DNA of 64,000 bases from a virus: IMG/VR virus record IMGVR_UViG_3300046167_000921, positions 1-64,000 of that record. One strand, 5' to 3'. The translations under genes were made by a program, and so were the position numbers. The first letter of the stretch is position 1. Every line of letters begins with the position of its first letter. This document shows, piece after piece, positions 38,771 through 47,692 of the stretch. Below the pieces are notes generated by a model that saw only the letters and a list, made by a program, of their open reading frames with translations, was not told the origin of the DNA and did no database searches.

Positions 38771-39127
38771 TTGAGAAAATCACTACCAGGGATCGGGCAT
38801 TGGCAAGAGTTCGACAAGATAAATACGACGTTAGAAGTAAATTACACCGTAAAGGTACTAGCTTCAATTCGAGGCGTGACTTATCGTCGAATTGAAGAAA
38901 CGGAAACTAAAGGGATTTTCCACTTGAGGTTTTCTGTGAAGGGATACGGTGACTTTTTTTTGATGTATTCGGATTGCGACGAGGACTTCGCGAAGAAAGC
39001 AAAAAAGTCTTGGTCTGGCATCTTAAGTTATGTGGCCTCTCACCCCAATATCAGATGGGTGGACATTGAGTTCACACCCACTAATTCAATAATCAAGACT
39101 GTGATCTCACACTTAAGTAAGAAGTGA
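38771..39127 (+). CDS. Hypothetical protein (TTG start)
   Basis: AAAGGAG SD. Confidence 0.65.
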   Translation: MRKSLPGIGHWQEFDKINTTLEVNYTVKVLASIRGVTYRRIEETETKGIFHLRFSVKGYGDFFLMYSDCDEDFAKKAKKSWSGILSYVASHPNIRWVDIEFTPTNSIIKTVISHLSKK

Positions 39128-39175
39128 AATTAACGAAAACTCTCCAAGAAACACACTAACCTATGTGGGCATAAG

Positions 39176-40051
39176 ATGAACAGAAAAGCAGGACACGTAA
39201 AAGATATAATCCTCGATGAGATCGAAAATAGAGAAGATGAACTTAAAAGATATATACTAGTCAACACCGAGTTGGAAGACCACCCTTTCTTCATAGAGCT
39301 TCTAGCAGGGAATTTAAAAAGAGCCTATAGGAAAGCAAAGGGCTTTAACTTGAAGCAGGTGGTTGCCGAAATCGGACAAAGCGTAGAGGCCAAGCTTAAG
39401 GTTGCGAACGAGGCTCATGTAGTAGAAGAGATCCGACAGTACGCCATCAACAAAGGTCAAGACCGTCTGCAAAGCATGATTGATAGTATCATTACCAACC
39501 AAGCTAGACTCATGATCAAAGGAAATTGGAGTCGGCCGCGAGGTGTTAAGGGGTTCTCTAATCTTGTAACAACAGCTATCAAATTGTATCGAAAGGAACT
39601 CCCCCTCTCGTCACATATACCTAGTAGGGTTTCCCGCACCGCCAAAACTAAGGCGGCTGAACATCTCTTGGATTGGTACTTCGACCAAATCGAAGAGAGA
39701 GTTGAAGACATGGGAGGGGTTTATGACATATTAGATATGTCAATCCTACTCAACCCTGATAGAGTCCTCCCTAAATCGCTAGAGGTTGGGGGGAGAAATT
39801 TATCTTATGAAGACTTCCTCAACCTCCTCCTAAAGGCGAGGAAGAAAATGCGGTTTGACCCAGATGTTTATCTCAACTATGACCCTCCCCCATCTGGAAG
39901 ACAGGGCTACCTGAGAGCCGAAGTTCAGGTGACTACCGACGAAGACACACGGACGCCACTTTTACTCTCTTTTGATATTAAAAGCGACCTGAGAAGAAGT
40001 CTAGAAGAAGATATTGAGCGTGTTCTTCAAGCGGCCTCTATGAATACATAA
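39176..40051 (+). CDS. Hypothetical protein with KxA/RxA motifs
   Basis: MNRKAG start; internal RVSRTAKTKAA; 291 aa. Confidence 0.7.
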   Translation: MNRKAGHVKDIILDEIENREDELKRYILVNTELEDHPFFIELLAGNLKRAYRKAKGFNLKQVVAEIGQSVEAKLKVANEAHVVEEIRQYAINKGQDRLQSMIDSIITNQARLMIKGNWSRPRGVKGFSNLVTTAIKLYRKELPLSSHIPSRVSRTAKTKAAEHLLDWYFDQIEERVEDMGGVYDILDMSILLNPDRVLPKSLEVGGRNLSYEDFLNLLLKARKKMRFDPDVYLNYDPPPSGRQGYLRAEVQVTTDEDTRTPLLLSFDIKSDLRRSLEEDIERVLQAASMNT

Positions 40052-40191
40052 GGGAACTACGAGAGATATAGTTGGAGAGATAGAACGTCAAAGACGTGGA
40101 TCAGAAGAGTAAGTCAAATAGATTTGATCTGGTTCGTGATACGATTTGGAAAAACCAAGAAGTACCTCCGCCTAATGGTCTGCTCGTAAGG

Positions 40192-40842
40192 TTAAGACTC
40201 AGACCATCTAAAGAAACGGTCATCCTCTTTGTGTGTGATCCCCTTACGCTTCACTTTACCTGTCTTCTTGCCCCGCACGTAACGTTCTAAAGAAGTGAAG
40301 TGCCTCCGCTCTAGGTCAGATAGATCATCAACTGTGATCTTTTCTTCAACCAAAAGCCAAAAACGACTCGCGGCTCGGGCTACCCAAAAGGCATCAGCTT
40401 GGTGGTTATTCCATCTCTTAGCCCCTTGACCTTCGGTAGCTTGCTTTGCGGCATCTACCATATCGCCTTTACCCATCTTCCAACCTTTGGGTCGATTAAG
40501 AAAAGCGGCGGCGTGGGCTTTGACTTGATTGGGTGAAAGATAAACCGTATCTACCTTTTCGAGCATGAGGGCTTCATTGCTATAGAGAAATAGACCATAC
40601 ATCCCTTCACTATAAAGGTCATTGAAGATAGGGGACTCAATACCTACCCTCATCGCATCATTCGGATATTTCTCTCTTATCTCTCGAATCAGTTCTTTCA
40701 ATCCATCCCTAAGGTACATGTACCTTGTTACAAAGACTTCAGAAGCCTCTGTCTTCATTGTTCCTTTGTCGAGGAAGCTCCCGTCATCGCGGATAAGCGT
40801 CCAGCCGAAGTTCCTTAGACTTGGGTCTAGTCCTAGTATCAT
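40192..40842 (-). CDS. ruvC: RuvC-like Holliday junction resolvase
   Basis: MILGLDPS, VGIESP, SPNQVK, NHQADAFWVA. Confidence 0.85.
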   Translation of the reverse strand: MILGLDPSLRNFGWTLIRDDGSFLDKGTMKTEASEVFVTRYMYLRDGLKELIREIREKYPNDAMRVGIESPIFNDLYSEGMYGLFLYSNEALMLEKVDTVYLSPNQVKAHAAAFLNRPKGWKMGKGDMVDAAKQATEGQGAKRWNNHQADAFWVARAASRFWLLVEEKITVDDLSDLERRHFTSLERYVRGKKTGKVKRKGITHKEDDRFFRWSES

Positions 40843-40868
40843 ATCAACCTCTCTGTTTTTATGGGCAA

Positions 40869-40915
40869 TAGTTCATTTATAAGATAAAGTTCCTACACTG
40901 CAAGAAAAGGAGCTT
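40869..40915 (+). promoter_or_regulatory. TAR-N6-TAT motif plus anti-SD hairpin
   Basis: TAGTTCATTTAT; AAGTTCCT pairs with AGGAGCTT. Confidence 0.5.
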
Positions 40916-40919
40916 CGAT

Positions 40920-41567
40920 ATGTCTGAGAAAGATATGGGTCTATTACCAATAATGTCACCTTTGTTCAATCTCAGGGAGACCTGTAAACAGATGTCTCTC
41001 CTCGAAGACCATTTGAATAATGTCAGGAAGAGATGCCCTGATTGTATCAGAAAGCACTTCCTTACGATAGAGGCACTGTTTGAAGAAGCAGTTTCTCTCG
41101 ACAAAGACCGTGAGTACGCGGAAATTCTTGATGGGAAAGCTCAAGATATCAGGGACTTGCAGGGGTCTTGGTTAGATGACGACAGTGACGAGAACTATCT
41201 CCTCGTCGCTCAAGCTCTCCGAGCTATCCGCAAGGAGTTTGCCCCGCTGTGTTTTGATGTCAGGAAACTTGCTAGGGTTGAGAGACTAAGTTCACAGCGA
41301 CATTTTTGTAGTGGGTATAGTGGTGTTTCTTTTTCTAACCTCAGAGATCTCGCGAAGAGAGCCACTAAAAGTGAAGTGGAAAAAGAAGATGAGGCAATCG
41401 CTTCCCTTGTTCGCAGGGACCCAAAGAAGAAACCGCCGAGAAAAGATCTTAGGGAGAATCGGTACAACACAGGCGACCGTGACCTTGAAGGCTTGGGGCG
41501 AGGTGACGGCGGAGACCCTCACCTTTCTAGGAGAGACAGGAAGATGAGTAGTCGAAGGTATCTCTGA
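40920..41567 (+). CDS. Hypothetical protein with CxxC (RCPDCIRKH)
   Basis: AAGGAG SD. Confidence 0.75.
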   Translation: MSEKDMGLLPIMSPLFNLRETCKQMSLLEDHLNNVRKRCPDCIRKHFLTIEALFEEAVSLDKDREYAEILDGKAQDIRDLQGSWLDDDSDENYLLVAQALRAIRKEFAPLCFDVRKLARVERLSSQRHFCSGYSGVSFSNLRDLAKRATKSEVEKEDEAIASLVRRDPKKKPPRKDLRENRYNTGDRDLEGLGRGDGGDPHLSRRDRKMSSRRYL

Positions 41568-41577
41568 GGAGTAAAAT

Positions 41578-42816
41578 ATGAATCCGTATCGAAATATACT
41601 TACAGAGCTGAGAGAATCTCAAAATTTACTTAGTGAGGTAACTGCTATCCTGAAGACATCTGCTTCTAAGGGGGACATAGCCAAAGCGAGAGAATCGTTA
41701 AAAAATAAAAGCTACAAAGACCCCGATAGCGGTAAGAGCATCTCTTTCAGCACGGCATACAATAGAAGTGTCCCTCAGGCCCAGAAAGATTACGCAAAGG
41801 CATTGAAGTCGTTGCCTTCGGATAAAAAAAAAGAGGATGACGACGACAACCCCCTTGACGACCTTAACGAGGAGCAACTCGACTTACTTGAACGTGTTTC
41901 TAAAGGGCGTGATGTCTCGAACATGTCCCTCGTTGAAGAGAGGGTGCTTAGAGAGTCTTTAGCTATCCTCCTAGAGTCTCAGGACGAACTCGAAAAGGAG
42001 GGTGAGCCAGAGCCCCCTAAGAAAGCGGAGCGTAAGAAGAAACGTAAGTACGTGAAGAAGGTCAAAGAGAAGGTCAAAGAGAAGGTCAAAAAAGAGATCA
42101 AGCCGAAAGACGACGACGACCTTGAGTTCATTGACATTGATGAACTTATTGACGTTGAGGAGTTATCTGAAGTGCATTCAGATGACGCCAACCCCCTTTC
42201 TTCTGCCCTAGATAAGAAAGATAAGAGCAGGAGGGAGTTCGTTCAACAGGAACTGCTGAAGGAAGATGAGAAAGCGGAAAAGAGTAGGGACTCAATTCTG
42301 GACACTTTAACCCAATCTATTGACACGATCTCCATTAAGGCCAATGAGGATCTGGAGAGTCAAATAAAAGAGCTCAAAGAAGACCTGAGTAAATCTGGGA
42401 TATCTGAGTCCAAGAAGAGAGAAATAGAAGACTCGATAGAAGATCTTCAAGACCAGAAAGATATCTTAACCCTTAACATTAAAAGCACTCAAGAGGGTTA
42501 CCGTAAAGCTCTCACAGAGGCGGTTAAGGACATCCCTGATTTCGATGCGGAGCAGTCTAAGGAGCTATCTGAATCCTATTCGTCAATGGGAGCGGATTTA
42601 ATATCGAAGGTTGAAGATCCCGCAGAGCTCAACACTTACATAGAAGACCAGATCAGCGAGCTGGAGTCTATAAGCAAAGATGACCCCGACTATCCTAAGT
42701 CACTAGGGAAGCTCTTAGCTCTCAAAGCTATGAAAGAGGAAGTAGTAGAGAACCCCACTTTCGGCTTCTCCCCCCCCTCGGCTCAATGCAGATCCTGTGT
42801 TCTTAGAAGAATATAA
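41578..42816 (+). CDS. Highly charged helical protein, N-terminal part; probably continuous with 42797 across C8 at 42770-42777
   Basis: Removing one C gives FSPPRLNADPVFLEEYKR; ELRESQNLL...KTSAS leader-like start. Confidence 0.7.
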   Translation: MNPYRNILTELRESQNLLSEVTAILKTSASKGDIAKARESLKNKSYKDPDSGKSISFSTAYNRSVPQAQKDYAKALKSLPSDKKKEDDDDNPLDDLNEEQLDLLERVSKGRDVSNMSLVEERVLRESLAILLESQDELEKEGEPEPPKKAERKKKRKYVKKVKEKVKEKVKKEIKPKDDDDLEFIDIDELIDVEELSEVHSDDANPLSSALDKKDKSRREFVQQELLKEDEKAEKSRDSILDTLTQSIDTISIKANEDLESQIKELKEDLSKSGISESKKREIEDSIEDLQDQKDILTLNIKSTQEGYRKALTEAVKDIPDFDAEQSKELSESYSSMGADLISKVEDPAELNTYIEDQISELESISKDDPDYPKSLGKLLALKAMKEEVVENPTFGFSPPSAQCRSCVLRRI

Positions 42817-44350
42817 GAGGGAAGTTGGATCTCAGCAGAGGACTAAGTTCAACTCTTTCAGCAAAGAGCAGAGAGATGTCGCAGCAAAGAAGCTGTCGGC
42901 ACAGAAGGAAGACCTTATTGATATCCTAGAGAGTCCTTCTTCCACAGACGCGGAGAAAAAGGAGGCAGAGAGGCAGATGATGATCGTTCGAGAATCAGAG
43001 TCTGCTCTAAACACTGTCCGCCTACTCAATGAAGAAGAGCCTTTGGACGGATTCTCTCCTGTAGACAAGGATCTTCTTGAGCTTGCTAAGGAGAATGAAG
43101 GTGTAGTGGAGCTGGTCTCTAATGTATCAAGATCCGACCTTTCAAATGAAGAGATGAGGCAGGTTGTAGAGAACAATCTGAGGGAGTTGCCTGAGGATCA
43201 GTGGTTAAAAGTTCTAGGGGCGGGAGGAATGGACAACCCTTATTCAGGCTATAAGGATACTTTCAACAGCAACTACTGCCCTAACACCCCATCTAACGTA
43301 GCGGCGGGCGTAGCGGGTGAAGAACTCGACGATATGTCTAAGTGTCCAAACCCTGTCACGGACTCATTGAAAAACTCTTTGAGGGACTCTTTAACAAAGA
43401 ACTTCTTGGATGTGCAGACTTCCTTCCAAGCCCTGAAGTCAAAAAAGAAGAAAAGACCCGCTCGAAAGAACAAAGAGCTGGCTGACGTACTCAAGAAGAA
43501 CAAGGACGAATTCTTTAGCGTCTTGCTCGATAGTAAACATAAAGACGGGACGCGAGTTACAAAGGAAGAGAAGGAAGAGTATAGAAACTTTTTCTTCACT
43601 GAGTTGAGAGCTCTCAACTTGAAAAACTTGAAAACGCAAGGTTACCCTATCAATGGAATCGAGGACATCATGCGTAAGATGAACAGGATACGAGGACTAG
43701 AGGGCAAGAAGAAGCTTGAAGAAATAGAAGCCCTGAAAAAACTCATGTCCGACATGATGGACTTGAACCCACCAGCTAAGAAGGCATCTATTTTTAATAA
43801 ACCTTTTATTGAAGGTCGTAATAGTTGCGGAGGTGTTTCAATGCACAAAAAATCAACTGTCTATATAGACTATCAAGAAAGAGCGAAGTCTTTCAAGAAG
43901 GGTATGCGTGTGTATACTTTCTGGGAAGGAAACTCTAGCCAGCCTGGTGTAGTCGTAGCAGTTTATCCCGCTATCGGTATGGTGGACGTGGGTTATCCTC
44001 ACGGCACGAAAAGGCAACCCGTAGAAGAACTTATTATAGATACCTCTAATGACGCGAAGATATTGAATAAAGGCGATTCCCTGAACGGGGAGTCAGAGGC
44101 AGTGCCTGTTACTACCAGACTTGCTAAGACAGTAGCCTCTAAGCATGTGAAGAAAGCTATCTATTGGGCTCAACGCGGTCGAAAGTACAGGCTCTGTAAA
44201 GGGGAAGACCCTAAGATGCCGAATTGCCCTCGTTGCAGGACGCAGATGAACCGTTCTATATACAAAAGAAGAGATGGAGTAAGTGATAAATTGTTCGCTT
44301 GCAGAAACTGTCTCTTTATCATCAAAACCACAGATGTTGAAGGAGTCTAA
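42797..44350 (+). CDS. Continuation of 41578, fused in frame to a likely separate gene starting at 43841
   Basis: No SD at the GTG; ends KKAS just before the internal promoter motif and GGAGG-ATG. Confidence 0.6.
   Translation: MFLEEYKREVGSQQRTKFNSFSKEQRDVAAKKLSAQKEDLIDILESPSSTDAEKKEAERQMMIVRESESALNTVRLLNEEEPLDGFSPVDKDLLELAKENEGVVELVSNVSRSDLSNEEMRQVVENNLRELPEDQWLKVLGAGGMDNPYSGYKDTFNSNYCPNTPSNVAAGVAGEELDDMSKCPNPVTDSLKNSLRDSLTKNFLDVQTSFQALKSKKKKRPARKNKELADVLKKNKDEFFSVLLDSKHKDGTRVTKEEKEEYRNFFFTELRALNLKNLKTQGYPINGIEDIMRKMNRIRGLEGKKKLEEIEALKKLMSDMMDLNPPAKKASIFNKPFIEGRNSCGGVSMHKKSTVYIDYQERAKSFKKGMRVYTFWEGNSSQPGVVVAVYPAIGMVDVGYPHGTKRQPVEELIIDTSNDAKILNKGDSLNGESEAVPVTTRLAKTVASKHVKKAIYWAQRGRKYRLCKGEDPKMPNCPRCRTQMNRSIYKRRDGVSDKLFACRNCLFIIKTTDVEGV
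43798..43809 (+). promoter_or_regulatory. Putative late promoter for the head operon, inside the ORF
   Basis: TTTTTAATAA-ACCTTT-TATTGAA nearly identical to TTTTTAATAA-CTCGTT-TATTGAA at 47561-47583. Confidence 0.55.
43841..44350 (+). CDS. Probable independent 169-aa protein (SH3-like N-domain plus C-terminal Zn ribbon)
   Basis: GGAGG SD 7 nt before the ATG; GMRV...GVVVAVYPAIGMVDVGYP; CPRC...CRNC. Confidence 0.65.
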   Translation: MHKKSTVYIDYQERAKSFKKGMRVYTFWEGNSSQPGVVVAVYPAIGMVDVGYPHGTKRQPVEELIIDTSNDAKILNKGDSLNGESEAVPVTTRLAKTVASKHVKKAIYWAQRGRKYRLCKGEDPKMPNCPRCRTQMNRSIYKRRDGVSDKLFACRNCLFIIKTTDVEGV

Positions 44351-44352
44351 AG

Positions 44353-45711
44353 ATGGCATTCTTACGATATGCAAGAGCTAATGTAGTAACTCCTCAACTC
44401 GGGGGTTCTGAATGGGACAAGATCAGGGTAGCTTCTGGTTCAAAGCAGATGAATAGGTCTCTTAAAGCAAAGGCGGAAGATATACTTGGTGAAGAATTCA
44501 CCCCTGACAAGTATCTACTTACCCATGCAACTATCGTCTGTTCCGTAGATGCCATCACACCCCCAAACACCAAAACAGGGTCTATTAAAGAGGGTGGCGT
44601 TACTATCAATAGAAAGTACGCTGACTTTCGTATTTCTAAAGACACAGATAAGTTCATCAATAACAACCTAGACTCATGGTCAAGAGGTGTTATTAAGAAG
44701 TCGTACCAGACCTTCATCGGAGCTCATAACTTTGTCGAACACGTTCAGGTTGAAGAGCTGTCTAAAGGTAAGATTATAGACGCTGTACTTAGAGACATAG
44801 GCGACTCTTTATATGTAGACATCCTTGTGGCAACAAACAAGAAGCACAAAGACCTCATTGAGCAGATTGTCTCTGGCAAAATGAATTCTATGTCAATGGG
44901 TTGCTCTGTGGACTTTACTATCTGCACTAAATGTGGACACGTAGCCGCGGATGAGCCTGAAATGTGCTCTCACGTCAAATACGAGAAGGGTAACACCTTC
45001 TTCGATGAACAAGGTGTGAAACACAGGGTTGCAGAGCTATGTGGACACGAAGATATCGGGGAAACTGCAGGTGTCACTTTCATTGAAGCTTCTTGGGTTG
45101 CAACTCCTGCTTTCCCTGGTGCGGTGGCAAGGAATACTTTAGATATTCCTGAAAAGTGGCTGGAAAAAAAAGCTAGCCTTGTAACCGCCGCTTTCGGAGT
45201 GGACGAAGATAGCGAAGAAGGCGAAGGGGGTCAGGATAAAGCTCCCTCAGATGGCCTCCTAAAAAAGCTAGATGCTGTCTACGAAGAAGCTGTTATCGAC
45301 AGATTCAAGAAGAAGCTGGAAACTGAGATCAAGAAAGAAAAGTCTCAGTTAGCTCTACACCCCCCCATCAGCAAATCTACCGTTGAGCAGAACGACACCA
45401 TCATTAAAGAAGGTGGCTCTATCAACACGGAAGATTATCTCAAAGCATTAGGCCTCTCCATAAGAACTGCTAATTCAGAGCAAGAGGCGGTCTTTAACAT
45501 AGCTTTGGTCAACAACCACTTCGGTGTCAATGTACCCTCTAGTGTCTATAAGGTCGCTAGTAAGATAGGGAACGCCGAAAACTATTCCTCTGTGGAAGAC
45601 TTTCTGAAGAAAGCTTCAGAGGTGTATGGTAAAACACTATCAGAAAAAGAGTCTTTCGCTCTTATTCGAATCTCAAAACTTTTATCCCTTAACAGTTTCG
45701 GGCAGAGATAA
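44353..45711 (+). CDS. Prohead (capsid maturation) serine protease with Cys/His cluster
   Basis: HNFVEH, SMSMGC, IEASWVATPAF; position upstream of scaffold and capsid genes. Confidence 0.8.
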   Translation: MAFLRYARANVVTPQLGGSEWDKIRVASGSKQMNRSLKAKAEDILGEEFTPDKYLLTHATIVCSVDAITPPNTKTGSIKEGGVTINRKYADFRISKDTDKFINNNLDSWSRGVIKKSYQTFIGAHNFVEHVQVEELSKGKIIDAVLRDIGDSLYVDILVATNKKHKDLIEQIVSGKMNSMSMGCSVDFTICTKCGHVAADEPEMCSHVKYEKGNTFFDEQGVKHRVAELCGHEDIGETAGVTFIEASWVATPAFPGAVARNTLDIPEKWLEKKASLVTAAFGVDEDSEEGEGGQDKAPSDGLLKKLDAVYEEAVIDRFKKKLETEIKKEKSQLALHPPISKSTVEQNDTIIKEGGSINTEDYLKALGLSIRTANSEQEAVFNIALVNNHFGVNVPSSVYKVASKIGNAENYSSVEDFLKKASEVYGKTLSEKESFALIRISKLLSLNSFGQR

Positions 45712-45729
45712 AGTCTTGCCCTTGAACCA

Positions 45730-47559
45730 ATGAAAGGAGTACCTATGTCTAGGTATACTCGTTCTAAGTCTCAGAGGTCTTCTTCTGCCCGAAGGAACCT
45801 CCGTTCACGCCGTGCTAACTCAGCTATCCCAGGTTATGACAACCTCGGCTGGGAAGATTTCGGCCACCCCGCTTCAGCAGACCAGCCTAGTCTTGAGGAC
45901 TATGGAATCGAATCAGATTTCGGTGAGGGTGTACGCAAAGGTCCTTACGGCGACAGTCCTGCACCAGCTTCTTACGGATGGGAGCCAGATCATCCCGCTT
46001 CAAGAAGTGCTAGCCTCCGTGACCGAAAGCTCCGTAAAGCTATGGAGCGTAAGGCTGCCAAGTGCATCAAGATTGCTGAGTCTCGTCTCGGCAAGTCTGC
46101 GTCTCAGCGTGAGATTGAAGACCTCGCACTCCGCTTCATGGATCTCCCAAATAAGGCGGTTAACACTCGCGTAGCTAGCCTCGACCACCATATGGGTATG
46201 GAAGATCTCGATGCAGATGAAGACGACATCATGGCAATGATGGACCACCATATGGGTATGGAAGACCATATGGGTATGGACGACCATATGGGCATGGAAG
46301 ATCTCGATGCAGATGAAGACGACATCATGGCAATGATGGACGATCATATGGGTATGGAAGACTTCGATGCTGATGAAGACGACATCATGGGCATGGAAGA
46401 CCATATGGGTATGGACGACCTCGATGCAGATGAAGACGACATCATGGCAATGATGGACGACCATATGGGTATGGAAGATCTCGATGCAGATGAAGACGAC
46501 ATCATGGCAATGATGGACGACCATATGGGTATGGAAGATCATATGGGTATGGACGACCATATGGGTATGGACGACCATATGGGTATGGAAGACTTCGATG
46601 CAGACGAGGACGACATCATGGCAATGATGGACGAACCTGTGGCACATGGCATCTTTGACGAGTATGACCTCGACATGGATGGGATGATCAGCCCAGAAGA
46701 GTTCGGAGGTTCAGCGGACGCTTTCAACGCTATGGACAGCGACCTCGACGGCTTCCTCTCTAGGGAAGAAGCTTCTGTCGGACTCGGTGACTCTTTTGGA
46801 GAAGAAGCCGCTGAAGTTCTCGCGGAGGAAGTGACTATGCTTAAAGCCGCGAATGCTCGCCTCTCACGTAAAGTCCGCAGTCTCTCTGTTCGCATGGCAT
46901 CTCAGGAAGAGGCTTCTGAAGAAGAAGCATCTGAAGAAGAAGCCGAAGAGAAGGAGACTTCAAAGAAGAAGGCAAGCACTTCTCGTCGTATTGCCCGCAT
47001 CGAGAGACTTGCTAATGCACTCTCTGATTACATGGCTGAGATGGAGCGTCAGGCATCTGAGGAAGAGGCTTCTGAAGAAGAAGCATCTGAGGAAGAAGCT
47101 GAAGAGAAAGAGACTTCAAAGAAGAAGGCTAAGGAAGAAGAGGCATCTGAGGAAGAGGCTTCTGAAGAAGAAGCCGAAGAGAAGGAGACTTCAAAGAAGG
47201 CTTACCACTCAATGGCTGACGTTCTCGCCGACCTTGAGATAGAAGCAGACGAAGAAGAGATCGTCGCAGAAGATCCTATGGGTCTTGATGCTTCAGACCT
47301 TGGCATGATCGACCCTAAGCTTGCTTCAATCTTCACCGCTTCTGACGAAGATGACGAAGATGACGAAGATGCAGACGAGACAGAAGATGGCGATAGCGAG
47401 GAGAAGGAGACTTCAAAGAAGGCCTCTTACCGACCAAGCAAGAGAACTCGTCAAGCTTCTGTGAAGACACTCGGCAACATCAGCCGTGAGGCATCTAGCT
47501 CAGACGAGCTCTCTAAGCTCTGGGAATCAGCCCCAGACGTTTCTAAGTTCTTCGGGTGA
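45730..47559 (+). CDS. Scaffolding/prohead core protein (likely start 45745) with repeats and two EF-hand loops
   Basis: Between protease and capsid genes; very acidic; many [KR]xAS sites; C-term SDELSKLWESAPDVSKFFG. Confidence 0.75.
   Translation: MKGVPMSRYTRSKSQRSSSARRNLRSRRANSAIPGYDNLGWEDFGHPASADQPSLEDYGIESDFGEGVRKGPYGDSPAPASYGWEPDHPASRSASLRDRKLRKAMERKAAKCIKIAESRLGKSASQREIEDLALRFMDLPNKAVNTRVASLDHHMGMEDLDADEDDIMAMMDHHMGMEDHMGMDDHMGMEDLDADEDDIMAMMDDHMGMEDFDADEDDIMGMEDHMGMDDLDADEDDIMAMMDDHMGMEDLDADEDDIMAMMDDHMGMEDHMGMDDHMGMDDHMGMEDFDADEDDIMAMMDEPVAHGIFDEYDLDMDGMISPEEFGGSADAFNAMDSDLDGFLSREEASVGLGDSFGEEAAEVLAEEVTMLKAANARLSRKVRSLSVRMASQEEASEEEASEEEAEEKETSKKKASTSRRIARIERLANALSDYMAEMERQASEEEASEEEASEEEAEEKETSKKKAKEEEASEEEASEEEAEEKETSKKAYHSMADVLADLEIEADEEEIVAEDPMGLDASDLGMIDPKLASIFTASDEDDEDDEDADETEDGDSEEKETSKKASYRPSKRTRQASVKTLGNISREASSSDELSKLWESAPDVSKFFG
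46183..46632 (+). repeat. Coding tandem repeats: 11 x HMGM and 6 x DADEDDIM units
   Basis: GACCATATGGGTATG and GATGCAGATGAAGACGACATCATG units. Confidence 0.9.
46900..47200 (+). repeat. Three coding repeats EEASEEEASEEEAEEKETSKK
   Basis: Direct from translation. Confidence 0.85.
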
Positions 47560-47567
47560 TTTTTTAA

Positions 47568-47667
47568 TAACTCGTTTATTGAACTTGTATAACCATGCAA
47601 CTTGGGTGTTAGGGCAACCTACCACCCTATTCTAACAAACACACTACTCACTTGATTACAGTGAGTA
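47568..47667 (+). promoter_or_regulatory. Late-type promoter and structured 5' leader of the decoration-capsid operon
   Basis: TAACTCGTTTAT; hairpin GGGTGTTAGG-GCAA-CCTACCACCC (47604-47627); hairpin TACTCACT-tgattac-AGTGAGTA (47645-47667). Confidence 0.6.
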
Positions 47668-47692
47668 TGAGCAAACACATAGGAGATTAACT

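Noticed and set aside
40192-40842. RuvC domain as TnpB/Cas12-like nuclease
   Set aside because: Only 216 aa, contiguous RuvC motifs, no Zn finger or REC lobe, no IS ends or array
46000-46647. His/Cys-rich minus-strand ORF (HTHMVVHHCHD...) and plus-strand 46853..47242
   Set aside because: Alternative-frame read-outs of the scaffold repeats
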